Below are positions 15,258 to 17,242 of a DNA stretch of 17,242 nucleotides, piece after piece. Below the pieces are notes generated by a model. It was not told where the DNA came from. It did not search any database and saw only the letters and a list, made by a program, of their open reading frames with translations. Within the stretch, counting starts at the first letter, position 1. Each line of letters begins with the position of its first letter. Source of the stretch: an uncultured Acidimicrobiaceae bacterium (lineage in GTDB: Bacteria > Actinomycetota > Acidimicrobiia > Spongiisociales > SHLN01); NCBI GenBank assembly GCA_947259275.1, contig CAMYMH010000018.1:67682-84923 (forward strand). The letters are read 5' to 3'. The translations under genes and the position numbers were made by a program.

Positions 15258-15863
15258 ATGTTCGGCTTCTATCTAGCCAGCGCAATCATCGGATGGGCAT
15301 TCGTCGGTCTGTTCCTCTTCGGAGGATTCGACACCGACGTCGACGCAGACTTCGATGCCGACCTCGATGCCGACCTCGACGCCGATCTGGACGGTGACCT
15401 GGAAACGTCCGGTGGCAGCCTCGCCTCGAGCATTGCCGCAGCCGGCCTCAGCCTGCTCTCGTTTCGCTCGGTGATGTTCCTGCTGGCCTTCTTCGGGCTC
15501 ACCGGCGTCGTGCTGAGCGCCATCAACGCCGGCACCATCGCCACCCTGATCGCGGCCATCGGCGTGGGAGTCTTCGCCTGGGTGTTGAACTCGTTCGTCT
15601 TCCGGGCGCTCAAGGTCTCCGACGTGTCGAGCACGCTCAAGCAGGCCGACCTGCTGGGAGCCATGGGTGAGATCGTCCTCCCCATCAGCCCGGGACATCG
15701 CGGCCGCATCTCCATCGAGGTCGGCGACCAGCGCCGCTACCTGACCGCCGAGCCGCACAACGCGGCCCGGCAGAGCTCGTTCGGCGTCGGAGACCCAATC
15801 GTGGTGCTCGAGCTGGACAAGGGCACCGCCCGGGTGGCCGGTATCGAAGTTTTGGACAGTTAG
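15258..15863 (+). CDS. NfeD-like membrane protein (short NfeD/YuaF type: N-terminal TM helices plus C-terminal OB-fold), partner of the flotillin
   Basis: ATG 15258 preceded by AAAGGGG with a 6-nt spacer; the GTG at 15231 has no RBS. TM helices, then the C-terminal beta-barrel-like region GRISIEVGDQRRYLTAEP...GDPIVVLELDKGTARVAGIEV. It sits immediately upstream of an SPFH/flotillin gene, the classic yuaF-yuaG arrangement. Confidence 0.7.
   Translation: MFGFYLASAIIGWAFVGLFLFGGFDTDVDADFDADLDADLDADLDGDLETSGGSLASSIAAAGLSLLSFRSVMFLLAFFGLTGVVLSAINAGTIATLIAAIGVGVFAWVLNSFVFRALKVSDVSSTLKQADLLGAMGEIVLPISPGHRGRISIEVGDQRRYLTAEPHNAARQSSFGVGDPIVVLELDKGTARVAGIEVLDS
15339..15398 (+). repeat. in-frame 12-nt tandem repeat x5 encoding (V/F/L)DAD tetrapeptide repeats (VDAD-FDAD-LDAD-LDAD-LDGD) in the NfeD loop
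   Basis: gtcgacgcagac / ttcgatgccgac / ctcgatgccgac / ctcgacgccgat / ctggacggtgac, read directly from the sequence. Confidence 0.6.
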
Positions 15864-15878
15864 CAGAAGGAGAAAGAA

Positions 15879-17174
15879 ATGGACGTATTGATCGTTGTTG
15901 CCGTACTCATGGTGGTGGCCGTGGCCGCCGTGCTCGGCGCCGTCAAGAGCCTGATCGTGATCTGCCCGCCCAACCGGGTGGCGGTCATCTCGGGCCGGCA
16001 GCGTCAGCTGGCGGGAGGAGGCACGGTCGGCTATCGGGTCCTGCGCGGCGGCCGCACACTGCGCATCCCCCTGGTAGAAAAGGTCGATTGGATGGAACTG
16101 AACACCATCACCATCGACGTCGGGGTGGGGCAGGCGTACTCGAAGGGCGCCATTCCGCTCGACGTTGAGGGAGTGGCCAACGTGAAGGTCTCCAGCCAGC
16201 CCGGCTTGTTGGAGAATTCTGTCGAGCGGTTTCTCGGCCGCGGTGTCGAGGTCATCCACGACATCGCCAAGGAGACGCTCGAGGCCAACCTGCGCGGGGT
16301 GCTGGCCACCCTCACGCCCGAAGAAGTGAACGAGGACCGTCTCAAGTTCGCCCAGGTGCTGATCGACGAGGCCGACGACGACATGAAGACGCTCGGCCTG
16401 GCGCTCGACGTCCTGAAGATTCAGAACGTCACCGACAACGTCGGCTATCTCGACGCAGTCGGCCGCCGCAAGACCGCTCAGGTGCTCAAGGAGGCCAGAG
16501 TGGCAGAGGCGCTTCGGACCACCGAGGCCGAAGAAGAGGAAGCCGACGCCCGCCGGCGGGCAGAGACCGCCCGGGTGGAGGCCGACCTCGTCATCGTCGA
16601 GAAGGAGAACGGTCTGCGGGTGCTGCAAGCCGAGCTCGAGAAGGTCGCCGTCGAGAAGGAGCGGGAGGCGGCCGTGGCCGGCGACCGCGCCCAGGCGATC
16701 GCCGAGCAGTCGCTGGAGGACGAGCGGATCAAGCTGCAAGAGCGCCGTCTGGAGGCCGACGTCATCACCCCGGCCCGCGCCAAGAAGGAGGCGATGGAGC
16801 TGGAGGCGAAAGGTACGGCCGCCCGGATCATCGAGGACGGCAATGCCCAGGTGCACGTGCTGGCCCGGTTGACCGAGCAGTACCAGGCAGCGGGCACCGA
16901 CGCCCAGGACATCTTCGTGCTCAACATGCTCCCCGAGCTGGTCGGCGAGATCGTGTCCACCGTCAAGGGCGTCAACATCGACAAGGTGTCGGTAATCGAC
17001 AGCGCCGGCAACGGCTCGCACGGCGTATCCAACGTCGTCGGCCAGCTGCCGGCAGCCGTCATCACCATCACCGAGCAAATCGAGAACGCCACCGGGGTGA
17101 ACATCCTCAAGGCGCTTCAGAAAGACGAGCCGGTGGCGGTGACCGTGGCGGCGCCGGATGGAGCCGACTCGTAG
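15879..17174 (+). CDS. flotillin-like SPFH/band-7 protein (FloT/YuaG type)
   Basis: ATG 15879 preceded by AAGGAGAAAG. N-terminal membrane hairpin MDVLIVVAVLMVVAVAAVLGA, an SPFH domain, then a long Glu/Ala/Arg-rich coiled-coil flotillin region (EAEEEEADARRRAETARVEADL...). 431 aa. Confidence 0.85.
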   Translation: MDVLIVVAVLMVVAVAAVLGAVKSLIVICPPNRVAVISGRQRQLAGGGTVGYRVLRGGRTLRIPLVEKVDWMELNTITIDVGVGQAYSKGAIPLDVEGVANVKVSSQPGLLENSVERFLGRGVEVIHDIAKETLEANLRGVLATLTPEEVNEDRLKFAQVLIDEADDDMKTLGLALDVLKIQNVTDNVGYLDAVGRRKTAQVLKEARVAEALRTTEAEEEEADARRRAETARVEADLVIVEKENGLRVLQAELEKVAVEKEREAAVAGDRAQAIAEQSLEDERIKLQERRLEADVITPARAKKEAMELEAKGTAARIIEDGNAQVHVLARLTEQYQAAGTDAQDIFVLNMLPELVGEIVSTVKGVNIDKVSVIDSAGNGSHGVSNVVGQLPAAVITITEQIENATGVNILKALQKDEPVAVTVAAPDGADS

Positions 17175-17194
17175 GCGAAGGGGGACGCAGCCTC

Positions 17195-17226
17195 TCCCCC
17201 CGGAGGGGGGCAACCCTTCGGGTTGC
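17195..17226 (+). terminator. two tandem GC hairpins after the flotillin stop (CCCCCC-cgga-GGGGGG and CAACCC-ttc-GGGTTG); likely a U-tract-less intrinsic terminator
   Basis: Both stems are perfect and sit 20-50 nt after the TAG at 17172-17174. They are followed by agttgctccgc, a motif also seen at 12069-12084. Confidence 0.4.
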
Positions 17227-17242
17227 TATGCAGTTGCTCCGC

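Noticed and set aside
15010-15276. 88-aa plus-strand ORF just upstream of nfeD
   Set aside because: No RBS. GC3 is below that of neighbouring genes. It overlaps the nfeD start and the promoter region, and its composition is not protein-like.
15273-17213. 646-aa ORF antisense to nfeD and the flotillin gene
   Set aside because: It has the GC-artefact composition (R/G/D/H-rich, no motifs). The plus-strand genes have clear RBSs and recognisable SPFH/NfeD features.
1-17242. tRNA, rRNA, CRISPR arrays, transposase or integrase genes
   Set aside because: None seen. There are no T-loop-like GTTCGAATC motifs, no regularly spaced direct repeats, and no ORF with recognisable DDE or recombinase signatures.

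Overview
This is a high-GC window (about 68% GC, Actinobacteria-like codon usage). Positions 436-14893 carry 17 consecutive genes, all on the minus strand; a convergent plus-strand gene fragment ends at 423 and a divergent plus-strand pair occupies 15258-17174. I identify, left to right: (1) the 3' end of a UbiA-family (decaprenyl-phosphate phosphoribosyltransferase-like) prenyltransferase. (2) A small membrane protein and a DUF2807/GIN-domain lipoprotein. (3) A complete B-type (ba3-like) cytochrome c oxidase operon: membrane-anchored cytochrome c, small subunit IIa, CuA subunit II, subunit I. (4) A polytopic membrane protein (possible GT-C glycosyltransferase), a SAM methyltransferase and a short FAD oxidoreductase. 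(5) Two adjacent but differently built Trk potassium-uptake loci. Locus one has a split TrkA (two RCK genes), an unannotated 42-aa membrane ORF, TrkH and a coupled secreted, membrane-anchored protein. Locus two has a full-length double-RCK TrkA and TrkH. (6) A divergent NfeD-flotillin (SPFH) pair on the plus strand. Non-coding structure worth attention: (a) a roughly 104-bp leader/promoter module duplicated at about 83% identity in front of the cytochrome c/ba3 operon and the DUF2807 lipoprotein gene; (b) a 594-bp hairpin-packed spacer between the two Trk loci that contains a 288-bp unit bounded by 25-bp near-perfect inverted repeats (MITE-like or invertible-segment-like); (c) a chain of 1-nt TGATG stop/start overlaps that stitches five genes together. 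Many long ORFs in the six-frame track are GC-driven alternative-frame artefacts and are rejected below. No tRNA, rRNA or CRISPR was seen.
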